From a virus (lineage: Duplodnaviria; Caudoviricetes), in IMG/VR virus record IMGVR_UViG_3300023116_000213, positions 1-30,410 of that record: a stretch of 30,410 nucleotides of DNA; one strand, given 5' to 3'. The position numbers and the translations under genes were made by a program. Shown here one piece after another: positions 6,544 to 15,550 of this stretch. The notes beneath the pieces were generated by a model. The model had not been told where the DNA came from, did not search any database, and was given only the letters and a program-made list of their open reading frames with translations. Every line of letters begins with the position of its first letter. Positions within the stretch are counted from its first letter, which is position 1.

Positions 6544-7046
6544 ACATATTTTATTTTTACGATTGTCCACGCAAATGTGCTGAGGCTCAGCCTGATAAGA
6601 TGTTAGTCAAGATGCCTTTAGAAACTGCACAAATGTTATGTACAGCTCACCGTGTTTTAGATGGTGACGAGTATGCTGATATGGCAGGTCTCTATAAGAC
6701 TGCTTACAAGAATCATCCTTGTACTATCTGGGCTAGAGAAACATCCGGTAACTATGCATGGCTCTATCAACACTTCGATGCTTTGTGTTGGGAATACTTG
6801 CACCGTTATGGTCGCACTCATGCTTCGTATCAAAAGTTATCAGTAGCATTGACTAAGGTGCCTGACAACATAGCACAAGCTGAGAAGACACCTGTTGCTC
6901 TGGCTATGCCGGACCAATACAAAGAACCCGATGACCCTATACTGTCTTATAGACAATACTGTATAGCGGAAAAGACATATGCACAATGGAACAAAAGTAG
7001 ACCGAGACCACCTTGGTGGACTGCACCAAATGCTTGGACTGCTTGA
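6540..7046 (+). CDS. Pyrimidine-dimer DNA glycosylase / T4 endonuclease V-like family protein
   Basis: MNIF...DK..VKMPLETAQML...NHPCTIW.R...NY.WL...EY..RYG..H signature. Confidence 0.75.
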   Translation: MNIFYFYDCPRKCAEAQPDKMLVKMPLETAQMLCTAHRVLDGDEYADMAGLYKTAYKNHPCTIWARETSGNYAWLYQHFDALCWEYLHRYGRTHASYQKLSVALTKVPDNIAQAEKTPVALAMPDQYKEPDDPILSYRQYCIAEKTYAQWNKSRPRPPWWTAPNAWTA

Positions 7047-7071
7047 CATGAATTATGAATTGGATTAATAT
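7043..7071 (+). promoter_or_regulatory. sigma70-type promoter for the replication operon
   Basis: TTGACA, 17 bp, TAATAT. Confidence 0.65.
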
Positions 7072-7079
7072 TTACAGTA

Positions 7080-7232
7080 TGAAGATAGAAGGCAACAATC
7101 TAAGAGCATTGAGTGATGTTTGCCCTCGTCTATCTCCATTACTCTCACTCAATCCAATCACATGGTCCCCTCGTGGGTGGGGAACTCTTAAACCCACACA
7201 ACTATTAACTACTTTTAATGGAGGATATATCT
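7080..7232 (+). promoter_or_regulatory. Structured 5' leader of ssb with an H-type pseudoknot
   Basis: Hairpin 7083-7135; pseudoknot S1 7166-7170/7179-7183, S2 7173-7178/7192-7197; A/U-rich tract up to the SD. Confidence 0.6.
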
Positions 7233-7643
7233 ATGATAGTTGAAGGTACTGCGTATTGGGCTTCGATAAGAACCCCTAATACAACTTATGAGCCTATGTA
7301 CACAATCAACTTAGTTGTTGATGAAGAAACTGCAAAAGATTTTGCGGCTCGTGGACATGGCATTCGTGAAATGGAAGAAGGTCCTGCTGTCGTTATCAAG
7401 AGGAAAGTAAATGGTCCTAATGGTATGGTCAGAAAGGCACCTAGACTCCTAGACCAAAATAAGAATGACGTTGATGTTCTTATTGGAAATGGTTCCACAG
7501 TTAGAGTTCAGTATTCTGAATATGATTGGGAATGGAAAGGAAAAGCTGGTAAGGGTTTAGACTTACAAGCTGTACAAATTGTGGATTTAGTTCCTTATAA
7601 AACCGGTGATGGTGACGAGCTGTTAGACGGTGAGGAGTTTTAA
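7233..7643 (+). CDS. ssb: Single-stranded DNA-binding protein (T7 gp2.5 / DUF2815-like)
   Basis: G.AYWA...PNT..., IGNGS.V.V, GLDLQAVQIVDL and an acidic tail ending in aromatic F (DGEEF); lies upstream of primase. Confidence 0.8.
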   Translation: MIVEGTAYWASIRTPNTTYEPMYTINLVVDEETAKDFAARGHGIREMEEGPAVVIKRKVNGPNGMVRKAPRLLDQNKNDVDVLIGNGSTVRVQYSEYDWEWKGKAGKGLDLQAVQIVDLVPYKTGDGDELLDGEEF

Positions 7644-7645
7644 TT

Positions 7646-7882
7646 ATGCAAATTAATTTTGACGGTAAGGTGTATGAAACTGAAAAGCTTACTGACCCAA
7701 AAGTTAGACAACAAGTTCAAGCTTATGTAAGTCAGATTGCTTTTAACAATCAGTTTCAAATCTCACTACAAAAATCCAATGACAAACTACAAGAGGAACT
7801 TAGACCTCTACTAGTTGAAGAGGCATTGGTTGAGCAAGAGGAAACTGCAGAAGCAGAATCCAACAGCAAAAAATCTAAGTAG
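7646..7882 (+). CDS. Hypothetical coiled-coil protein
   Basis: INFDGKVY N-terminus followed by a coiled coil. Confidence 0.7.
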   Translation: MQINFDGKVYETEKLTDPKVRQQVQAYVSQIAFNNQFQISLQKSNDKLQEELRPLLVEEALVEQEETAEAESNSKKSK

Positions 7883-7900
7883 TTTTTTCATATTATTTAA

Positions 7901-7925
7901 CGGGGGTCTTCGGACCCCTGCTTTT
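7901..7925 (+). terminator. cUUCGg hairpin / weak terminator before primase
   Basis: GGGGTC-TTCG-GACCCC then CTTTT, directly before the primase RBS. Confidence 0.65.
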
Positions 7926-7936
7926 GGAGGGCAAAA

Positions 7937-9613
7937 ATGGAAACCAAATCAACATGGGTAGAATTTCACGTACCCTGTAACTTATGTAAATCAAGCGATG
8001 CAGTCTCAGTAAATGAAGACGGCTCAGCTAAATGTTTTAGTTGCGGAGCTTTCTTTCCGGACTACAAAACACCTGAGGGTATTACAAAACCCAAAGAATC
8101 AAACACCTTTTTATCAACATATAAAGGTGATTACTATGACCTAATAGACCGCGGTATTGATAAGACCACTGCAAAGAGATTTGGAGTACGTGCTATCACT
8201 GACCAGAACGGAGACATCCAAGAACATATTTATCCTTATTACAATGGGGATGAAATTGTTGGAACTAAGTCTCGTTATGTCAGAGATAAACGTTTCTCTT
8301 TCGGAGGGACCTTTGATAATACCGGTCTATTTGGTGAGCAACTCTTCCGTAATAAAGGCGGAAAGTATCTCACTATTACTGAAGGTGAGTGCGATGCTAT
8401 GGCGGCTTATCAAATGTTTAATGGTAAGTATCCCATCGTCTCACTAAAACGTGGAGCTTCTGGTGCTGTTAAAGATATCAGAGAATCCATAGAATTTGTC
8501 GAGTCTTTTGACCAAGTTATTCTTTGCTTTGACAATGATAAACAAGGGAAGGAGGCGGCTAAGAATGTCGCAAGGATTATCAAGCCCGGGAAAGTTAAAA
8601 TCATGGGTTTGCCTAATGGCTATAAGGATGCCAATGACATGCTTAAACAGGGTAAGTTCAGTGAATTTACTCAAGCATTCTGGGATTCAAGACAATATAC
8701 ACCTTCAGGAATTATCGAGCTATCCAGTAAAAAGAAAGACTGGCTACATCGAGAGGTAAAACCAAGTATCCCCTATCCTTGGGAAGGCTTAAACAATAAG
8801 TTGTACGGGCTGAGGAAAGGGGAACTGGTCACCTTTACAGGTGGTACAGGTCTTGGTAAGTCTAGTGTTACTAGAGAACTTGAACACTGGATAATTAAAA
8901 ACACTACAGACAACGTTGGTATCATTGCCCTTGAAGAAAATTGGCAACGAACAGCTGATGGTATTGTGTCTATTGAAGCTAACGATAGAATATATCTTAA
9001 TGAAAAAAGAGATAAATATTCGCCAGACCAACTCGAATCTTTGTTTGACAAAGTCATTGAGGAGGGAAGAGTATTTATCCATGCTCACTTAGGAGCAACT
9101 GACATTGACGATATCTTTGCTAAGCTTCGATACATCATCATTGGCTGTGAGTGTGAATGGGTAATTGTTGACCACTTACATATGTTAGTTAATGTTCTTA
9201 CTGAAGGTGATGAACGTAGAGGTATTGATACCTTGATGAATCGTTTACGTAGTCTGGTCGAAGAGACCGGAGTGGGTATGTTATTAGTCTCACACTTAAG
9301 ACGTGCCTCTGGCGACAAAGGTCACGAGCAAGGTGTGGAAGTCTCCTTGTCCCACTTAAAAGGTTCACAAGGTATCGCTCAACTCTCTGATTGTGTTATC
9401 GCTTTAGAAAGAAACCAACAAGCGGAAGACCCTGTGGTCGCTAACACAACTAAGTTACGCGTTTTAAAATCCAGATACACAGGAGATACTGGACTTGCTT
9501 GTAATTTATTGTATGATAATGATACAGGTCGATTACATGAAAAAGAATTAGAAGATGAAATTGATGAATTTCTCATGACAAGAAAAGATTATGAACAACA
9601 ACTCACTCTCTAA
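7937..9613 (+). CDS. T7 gp4-like DNA primase-helicase
   Basis: N-terminal Zn finger (CxxC...CxxC), TOPRIM (ITEGECDA, FDND), Walker A GGTGLGKS, VDHLH, KSRYTG. Confidence 0.95.
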   Translation: METKSTWVEFHVPCNLCKSSDAVSVNEDGSAKCFSCGAFFPDYKTPEGITKPKESNTFLSTYKGDYYDLIDRGIDKTTAKRFGVRAITDQNGDIQEHIYPYYNGDEIVGTKSRYVRDKRFSFGGTFDNTGLFGEQLFRNKGGKYLTITEGECDAMAAYQMFNGKYPIVSLKRGASGAVKDIRESIEFVESFDQVILCFDNDKQGKEAAKNVARIIKPGKVKIMGLPNGYKDANDMLKQGKFSEFTQAFWDSRQYTPSGIIELSSKKKDWLHREVKPSIPYPWEGLNNKLYGLRKGELVTFTGGTGLGKSSVTRELEHWIIKNTTDNVGIIALEENWQRTADGIVSIEANDRIYLNEKRDKYSPDQLESLFDKVIEEGRVFIHAHLGATDIDDIFAKLRYIIIGCECEWVIVDHLHMLVNVLTEGDERRGIDTLMNRLRSLVEETGVGMLLVSHLRRASGDKGHEQGVEVSLSHLKGSQGIAQLSDCVIALERNQQAEDPVVANTTKLRVLKSRYTGDTGLACNLLYDNDTGRLHEKELEDEIDEFLMTRKDYEQQLTL

Positions 9614-11321
9614 TGTTGTCTTTGATATTGAAGCAAATGGTCTAAAACCTGACACAGTTTGGTGTCTCGTAGCCAAGGAAGTTGATGGCACTATACATCG
9701 ATTCGGTCCTAACGAAATCGATAAGGGCATAACCCTCCTTGTAAATAGTAATACCTTAATAGGTCACAACATTCTTGGTTACGACATACCTGTTTTAGAA
9801 AAACTTTACAATGTTAAATTCAACAACAAGATAATAGACACACTAGTACTATCTCGATTATTTAATCCGGTACAAGAAAACGGACACAGTCTAAAAACCT
9901 GGGGTTACAGATTAGGAATGCCTAAGATGGAACAGCCTGAGTTTGAAAGCTTTACTCCAGAAATGTTGGATTACTGTAGTCGGGATGTACAACTTAATGA
10001 AGCAGTCTATAAAGCTTTATTAAAATCAGGTCGCGGATTCAGTACAGAAAGTATTGAACTGGAACACGAGGTCGCTAAGATTCTCAAGACTCAAGAAGAA
10101 CATGGTTTCTTATTTGATGAACAATCTGCAACAATGTTGGTTGCTACTCTTAAAGAAAAAATGTTTACCGCTGAGAAAGAAGTTCACAAGGTTTTCAAAC
10201 CTAGACTTCTTAGAGATAAATTAGTTGTACCAAAGCTTAAGAAGGACGGTACTTTATCTAGGGTTGGACTTACACCGCAGGAATTTGATGACTGCATGGA
10301 CCGTCCTTTTTATCGTAAGAAACTACAAGCATTCAATCTAGGTTCGCGTAAACAAATCGGTGAATACTTAGTAGACTTTGGGTGGAAGCCTAAGAAGTTT
10401 ACTCCAACAGGTCAGCCGATTGTGGACGAGAATATCCTATCTAAGATTGATGATATCCCTCAGGCTAAACTTATAGCCGATTACCTTTTATACCAGAAGA
10501 GAATTGCTCAGGTCGATTCATGGCTTGAAGCAATTGAAGAAGACGGTAGAGTTCATGGACTTGTTATTCCAAATGGAACTATTACAGGTCGTATGACTCA
10601 CCGTAAACCCAACATGGCTCAAGTACCTAATATGGGTTCTTTGTATGGTAAAGAATGTCGTAGCTGTTGGATAGTTCCAGAAGGATTTAATTTGCTTGGT
10701 GTGGATGCCTCCGGCTTAGAGCTACGTATGTTAGCTCACTACATGAAAGATGAAGATTATAAAAATGAAATCTTACACGGTGATATTCATACTGCAAATC
10801 AAAACATGGCAGGTCTTGAAACTAGAGACCAAGCAAAAACTTTTATATATGCCTTCGTTTATGGAGCAGGTGATGCCAAGATAGGTCAAATAGTTGGAGG
10901 CAACAAAGCCTCTGGAAAGGCTTTAAAAGATAGATTCTTATCAAACCTCCCGGCATTGAAAAGCTTACGTGAGAGAGTGAATAAGGCAGCCTCACGTGGG
11001 TTTTTGAAGGGGATTGATGGACGTAAAATCTATGTCAGGTCCGAACATGCCGCATTGAATACTCTTCTTCAAGGAGGAGGAGCCATTGTGATGAAGAAGG
11101 GTTTGACATTACTACAAGAAAAATTTAACTTATTAAATGTGGATGCAAAATTTGTAGGAAATATTCATGATGAATGGCAGATTGAAGTGAAGTCTTGCCA
11201 AGCTTCTAAGGCTGGACATCTTGCAGTTTCTGCTATCCAAGAAGCTGGAAAACATTTTGATATGTTTTGTCCTCTGGATGGTGAATACAAGATAGGAGAG
11301 AATTGGAGTGAGACTCATTAA
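9591..11321 (+). CDS. polA: Family A (T7 gp5-like) DNA polymerase with 3'-5' exonuclease
   Basis: DIEANG (ExoI), GHNILGYD (ExoII), YC..DV (ExoIII), DASGLELR (motif A), AKTFIYAFVYG (motif B), HDE (motif C). Confidence 0.95.
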   Translation: MNNNSLSNVVFDIEANGLKPDTVWCLVAKEVDGTIHRFGPNEIDKGITLLVNSNTLIGHNILGYDIPVLEKLYNVKFNNKIIDTLVLSRLFNPVQENGHSLKTWGYRLGMPKMEQPEFESFTPEMLDYCSRDVQLNEAVYKALLKSGRGFSTESIELEHEVAKILKTQEEHGFLFDEQSATMLVATLKEKMFTAEKEVHKVFKPRLLRDKLVVPKLKKDGTLSRVGLTPQEFDDCMDRPFYRKKLQAFNLGSRKQIGEYLVDFGWKPKKFTPTGQPIVDENILSKIDDIPQAKLIADYLLYQKRIAQVDSWLEAIEEDGRVHGLVIPNGTITGRMTHRKPNMAQVPNMGSLYGKECRSCWIVPEGFNLLGVDASGLELRMLAHYMKDEDYKNEILHGDIHTANQNMAGLETRDQAKTFIYAFVYGAGDAKIGQIVGGNKASGKALKDRFLSNLPALKSLRERVNKAASRGFLKGIDGRKIYVRSEHAALNTLLQGGGAIVMKKGLTLLQEKFNLLNVDAKFVGNIHDEWQIEVKSCQASKAGHLAVSAIQEAGKHFDMFCPLDGEYKIGENWSETH

Positions 11322-11559
11322 CTGTTATTGTAATTCTCGTGAATTGGATGATTTACTTGCAACAACAAATGAATTTTCCGAACCTATTGCAACTTATGTT
11401 GATATAGACGAAGTCATGGGATGGAAAACTGTAGTTACGGATTACCAGATTTATGGTATGGAAACAACTTACTACTCTCCCGACAAATCCACTACAGAAT
11501 TTATTTGTTTAAGTTGTTTATTGGAATGGAGGAAAGATGAAACCTACCAAGAAAGATAG
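11308..11559 (+). CDS. Small Cys-containing hypothetical protein
   Basis: GTG start overlapping the pol stop, AGGAG RBS, CYC...CLSC. Confidence 0.6.
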   Translation: MRLINCYCNSRELDDLLATTNEFSEPIATYVDIDEVMGWKTVVTDYQIYGMETTYYSPDKSTTEFICLSCLLEWRKDETYQER

Positions 11560-11962
11560 AAAAAAGTTTGACCTAGATTTACAGTATGGTCAAATTAAAG
11601 AAGACGAAATTGCTGAAATGTTTGCTAATTGCAAGATTGAAGTTAAATCAGAAAGAGGTATGTGGATGAATACCGGTAACATTGCTGTTGAATATGAAAG
11701 CTATGGAAAACCTTCTGGCATTAAAGCTACAGAGGCAGACTATTGGTTTCACAATTTATGTGTCAACGGTAAAATATATTGTACGTTGGTTTTCCCAACA
11801 GATAATCTTAAGAAGATTGTAGAAAAACTAGATACATTTAAAACAGTAAGTGGCGGTGACCACAATGCTAGTAAGATGTATTTAGTCGCATTATCCAAGC
11901 TGTTTTCTGCTGATGTTCTTAAACAATTTGAGGAGCTAGAAAATGGCAAAGAAGAAACTTGA
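11537..11962 (+). CDS. PD-(D/E)XK-like nuclease family protein
   Basis: G...E, IEVKS, TGNIAVE, SGI..T.ADYW. Confidence 0.6.
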   Translation: MKPTKKDRKKFDLDLQYGQIKEDEIAEMFANCKIEVKSERGMWMNTGNIAVEYESYGKPSGIKATEADYWFHNLCVNGKIYCTLVFPTDNLKKIVEKLDTFKTVSGGDHNASKMYLVALSKLFSADVLKQFEELENGKEET

Positions 11963-12815
11963 AACAGTTGTTGATGATATTTACCACGTAGTTGGCAAAC
12001 TAGGTAACGGTGAAGAACTTAACATAACAGAAAAACAATTTAAATCTTTTGGTAAGTTTATGGAACATGCCTTAAGAGATTGGGCTACTCCAAGAGAAGC
12101 TCAAAGACCTACACTGCGAATGTCTAACATTGGTAGACCAACAAGACAGCTATGGTTTGATATGAACTCAGAACGTACACCTAGCGGTCTTCCTGCACCG
12201 ACCATGATTAAATTTCTTTATGGTCATATCTTAGAACGTTTAGTGCTTTTTCTAGTAGAAATAGCCGGACATAAAGTCACAGACGAGCAAAAAGAAATCA
12301 CTGTTGGTGGTATTACTGGACACATGGACTGTAAGATTGATGGTCAAGTAGTAGATATTAAATCCGCCTCTGGATTTGGCTTTCAAAAATTTAGAAATGG
12401 AACATTAGCTGAGCAAGATAGCTTTGGTTACATGTCTCAACTTGCTGGATACGAAGCTGCTGAAGGTTTAGACTCTGGTGGTTTTCTTGTTATCAACAAA
12501 GAAACTGGAGAATTATGCCTGTTTCTTCCTGAAGACCTTGACAAACCCAATATAGAGACTAAAATTAAAAAGGTTAAGTCTGCAATTAAACGCACTACTC
12601 CTCCTGAGTTTTGTTACGAGCCTATCGCAGACGGAGCTTCTGGAAATTTCAAATTACCTAGAGAGTGTACATACTGCAATCACAAGTTTGAGTGTCACAA
12701 AGATGCGAATGATGGAAAGGGATTGCGGGTATTTGAATATGCAAGAGGTCCTGTTTACTTAACAAAGGTAGAACGAGTACCTAATGTGGTAGAAATTACA
12801 AAGGAGTCTAAATGA
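11943..12815 (+). CDS. PD-(D/E)XK exonuclease (Cas4/RecB-like)
   Basis: GHMDCKIDGQVVDIKS, QLAGY, C-terminal CxxCxxxxxC. Confidence 0.8.
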   Translation: MAKKKLETVVDDIYHVVGKLGNGEELNITEKQFKSFGKFMEHALRDWATPREAQRPTLRMSNIGRPTRQLWFDMNSERTPSGLPAPTMIKFLYGHILERLVLFLVEIAGHKVTDEQKEITVGGITGHMDCKIDGQVVDIKSASGFGFQKFRNGTLAEQDSFGYMSQLAGYEAAEGLDSGGFLVINKETGELCLFLPEDLDKPNIETKIKKVKSAIKRTTPPEFCYEPIADGASGNFKLPRECTYCNHKFECHKDANDGKGLRVFEYARGPVYLTKVERVPNVVEITKESK

Positions 12816-13096
12816 AATATAAATTTAATGAAGATAAATTAGTTGAAGAACTACAACGGTATATATACGACACTTATGGTCAACATTATGCTACAGACAA
12901 ATATCAAGCTACAGATATTATTATTGATTCTGGACATGGTACGGGATTCTGTATAGGGAACATTATGAAATATGCCAAACGTTATGGTAATAAAGAAGGA
13001 AGAAATAGAAAAGACTTACTAAAAATATTACATTATGGAATTATTATGTTACACATTCATGATGAAACAGATAAATTTTTTAAGGCAGGAGAATAA
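12812..13096 (+). CDS. DUF3310 / T7 gp1.7-like putative nucleotide kinase
   Basis: HY...GFCIGNIMKYAKRYGNK...DLLKILHY. Confidence 0.65.
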   Translation: MKYKFNEDKLVEELQRYIYDTYGQHYATDKYQATDIIIDSGHGTGFCIGNIMKYAKRYGNKEGRNRKDLLKILHYGIIMLHIHDETDKFFKAGE

Positions 13097-15018
13097 TGAT
13101 TGATAAAGTCGGGGTTAAACCTTATTTAGGAATTGAAATAGATTACGATAGAGATAAAAAGTTAGATAGATTTAGTATCAGTACCTTAGAAGATAGGTAC
13201 CTTTGGGAAAAAAGAAACAAAGCAGGAGTACTTGAAGTTAAAGAAACTTCTCCACAAGAAGCATTCGCCAGAGCCGCTGTTTTTGTCAGTACATACAAAG
13301 ACCATACTGATTTTGAAATGGCTCAAAGAATTTATGATTATGCCTCTAACCTTTGGTTTATGTTTGCCACTCCTATTCTTTCCAACGGTGGTACTACAAG
13401 AGGATTACCTATCAGTTGCTTTTTAAATTCTGTACCTGATAGTCTTCTAGGTTTAGCAGACCATTATAAAGAAAACATATTTTTATCTTCCTCCGGTGGC
13501 GGCATTGGTGGTTACTGGGGAGGCATAAGAAGTGATGGCACTGCAACATCAAGAGGCTCTAAGTCGAGTGGCTCTATTCCTTTTATGCATGTTGTTGATT
13601 CTCTTATGCTCGGCTTTACTCAAGGACAAACTAGACGTGGTTCATATGCGGCTTATATGGATGTATGGCACCCAGAGATTGAAGAGTTTGTTGCTATGAG
13701 AAAAGAATCAGGCGGAGACTTAAATCGTAAAAACTTAAATCTTCATAATGGAGTTAACTTAAACAATGAATTTTTACAAGCTGTTGAAGAAGATGCCGAT
13801 TGGCGATTGATTGACCCTAAGACTAAAGAAGCTGTAAAAACAATTAAAGCTAGGGAGTTATGGTCCAAACTTCTTGATGCTAGAGCTGAGACCGGGGAGC
13901 CTTACCTTATCAATATTGATACATGTAATGAAGCTTTACCCCAATCTCAGAAAGACTTAGGACTAGAAATAAAACAAAGCAACTTGTGTTCTGAAATAAC
14001 ATTGGCTACCAATGACGAAAGAACAGCAGTTTGTTGTTTGTCCAGTGTTAACTTAGAACACTATGATAAATGGAAGAAGAATGAGTTCTTTATTCCAGAT
14101 TTAGTAACCATGTTAGACAATGTACTAGAACACTTTATCGAAGACATTGTCGATACATCCATGTTAGGAGAATACAATGCCAACTACAAAAGGTTCCAAA
14201 GTTACGTCAAAGCAGAGAAAGAGCCGTTCACAAAAGCAGCCTACTCCGCTTATAGAGAAAGGTCGATTGGTCTTGGAGCAATGGGTTTCCACTCTTACCT
14301 CCAAAGCAAAAACCTTCCATTCGCAGGTCTCATACAGACTTCGCTTAACAGAGAAATGTTTGAACACATCAAGTCAGAAGCTGTTAAAACTAGTGAAGAT
14401 TTGGCAAGAAATAGGGGTAACTGCCCTGACTCACCTAATCTTTTACGTAGGAATTGTCATCTTCTTGCCGTTGCTCCTAATGCCTCTTCTAGTATTATTT
14501 GTGGTGGGACATCTCCTTCGATTGAGCCGATACGTGCTAACGTTTTTACGCACAAAACTCTTTCAGGAAACTTCAAAGTCCGCAACAAGTACCTTGACAA
14601 GGCAATCAAAAAGAAAGACCTCAAGAAAGAAGAAGTAGAAAAGGTTTGGGATAAGATTTTAGATTCTCGCGGCTCAATACAAGAGATAGATATTTTTACG
14701 GATGAAGAAAAAGAAGTCTTTAAAACTGCGGATGAAATAAATCAAATTCAAATTATTGAACATGCACATCAAAGACAAGAATTTATTTGTCAGTCTCAAA
14801 GTGTAAATTTATTTTTTGTTCCTCCTAAAGCAACTGCTCCTCAGGAAGAACACGATAAGTATTTACAGTATGTTAATGACGTGCATTGGTATGGTATGCA
14901 CAAATTAAAATCTTTGTATTACTTTAGGTCAGACACTGCAAAAGCAGCGGAAAACGTAAACGTTAAAATACAACGTATTAAATTGGATGAAGTCACTTGT
15001 GTGGCATGTGAGGGATAA
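13096..15018 (+). CDS. nrdA: Class I ribonucleotide reductase alpha subunit (no ATP cone)
   Basis: ATPILSN, ISCF, SNLCSEI, APNASSS, SLYY, C-terminal CVACEG. Confidence 0.95.
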   Translation: MIDKVGVKPYLGIEIDYDRDKKLDRFSISTLEDRYLWEKRNKAGVLEVKETSPQEAFARAAVFVSTYKDHTDFEMAQRIYDYASNLWFMFATPILSNGGTTRGLPISCFLNSVPDSLLGLADHYKENIFLSSSGGGIGGYWGGIRSDGTATSRGSKSSGSIPFMHVVDSLMLGFTQGQTRRGSYAAYMDVWHPEIEEFVAMRKESGGDLNRKNLNLHNGVNLNNEFLQAVEEDADWRLIDPKTKEAVKTIKARELWSKLLDARAETGEPYLINIDTCNEALPQSQKDLGLEIKQSNLCSEITLATNDERTAVCCLSSVNLEHYDKWKKNEFFIPDLVTMLDNVLEHFIEDIVDTSMLGEYNANYKRFQSYVKAEKEPFTKAAYSAYRERSIGLGAMGFHSYLQSKNLPFAGLIQTSLNREMFEHIKSEAVKTSEDLARNRGNCPDSPNLLRRNCHLLAVAPNASSSIICGGTSPSIEPIRANVFTHKTLSGNFKVRNKYLDKAIKKKDLKKEEVEKVWDKILDSRGSIQEIDIFTDEEKEVFKTADEINQIQIIEHAHQRQEFICQSQSVNLFFVPPKATAPQEEHDKYLQYVNDVHWYGMHKLKSLYYFRSDTAKAAENVNVKIQRIKLDEVTCVACEG

Positions 15019-15170
15019 TGGCAGCTAAATGGAATAGTGGTTCAACTCATGTTTCTGTTACTGGAGTGCGGGGTAAGAAAACTTCGCAGGGTCGTAGAAA
15101 CCTCGCATCATCTTCGATGAACAAAAATAAAAAAAGGAGTTTTAAAAAATATCGTGGACAAGGTAAATAG
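15018..15170 (+). CDS. Small highly basic protein (50 aa, ...KKTSQG...KKYRGQGK), not in the ORF track
   Basis: TAATG overlap with nrdA; the KKTSQG/YRGQG motif is typical of small marine-phage proteins. Confidence 0.75.
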   Translation: MAAKWNSGSTHVSVTGVRGKKTSQGRRNLASSSMNKNKKRSFKKYRGQGK

Positions 15171-15348
15171 ATATCGAGTTTATTTTACAGGGTATGAACA
15201 CCCTAGAGTTAAGTCCGGCTTTAAGATTGTGGATGTGGTAGAAAAAAGAAAGTATGCCTACCTCAGTCTCATAAGTAAAAAGATTAAATTACCGATTACC
15301 GTTTGGGAACAAATGAAGAAGTCTGCTAAGGAAATAGAAAATGTTTAG
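15154..15348 (+). CDS. Hypothetical protein
   Basis: GTG start, fills the operon gap. Confidence 0.55.
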   Translation: MDKVNRYRVYFTGYEHPRVKSGFKIVDVVEKRKYAYLSLISKKIKLPITVWEQMKKSAKEIENV

Positions 15349-15550
15349 AAACAAATTAATAAAAGCCTCAAAGAAATCTTTCGAGGCAGAAATTGAAAAG
15401 CACATAACTAATGTTGAAGTCATGCTTAATAATACTGTTGGTGTTGGTGAGCATTCTGATATAATGGAAACCATTGAAAAAGAAATAGACATCATCGCAA
15501 GTTATGAAGATAAACTAGCAATCGTAAACAAATACTTTAAGGAGGTATAA
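15341..15550 (+). CDS. Conserved phage hypothetical protein (GVGEHSDI motif)
   Basis: N.VGVGEH.DI...E pattern is frequent in phages; coupled to nrdB. Confidence 0.75.
   Translation: MFRNKLIKASKKSFEAEIEKHITNVEVMLNNTVGVGEHSDIMETIEKEIDIIASYEDKLAIVNKYFKEV

Noticed and set aside
7055-7243. 62-aa ORF upstream of ssb
   Set aside because: It starts inside the promoter spacer, has no RBS and covers the structured leader; more likely non-coding
14177-14638. 153-aa alternative-frame ORF in nrdA, and similar nested or antisense ORFs (e.g. 27419-27874, 20080-20355, 8157-8447)
   Set aside because: Shadow ORFs of well-supported genes, with no RBS or recognisable motifs
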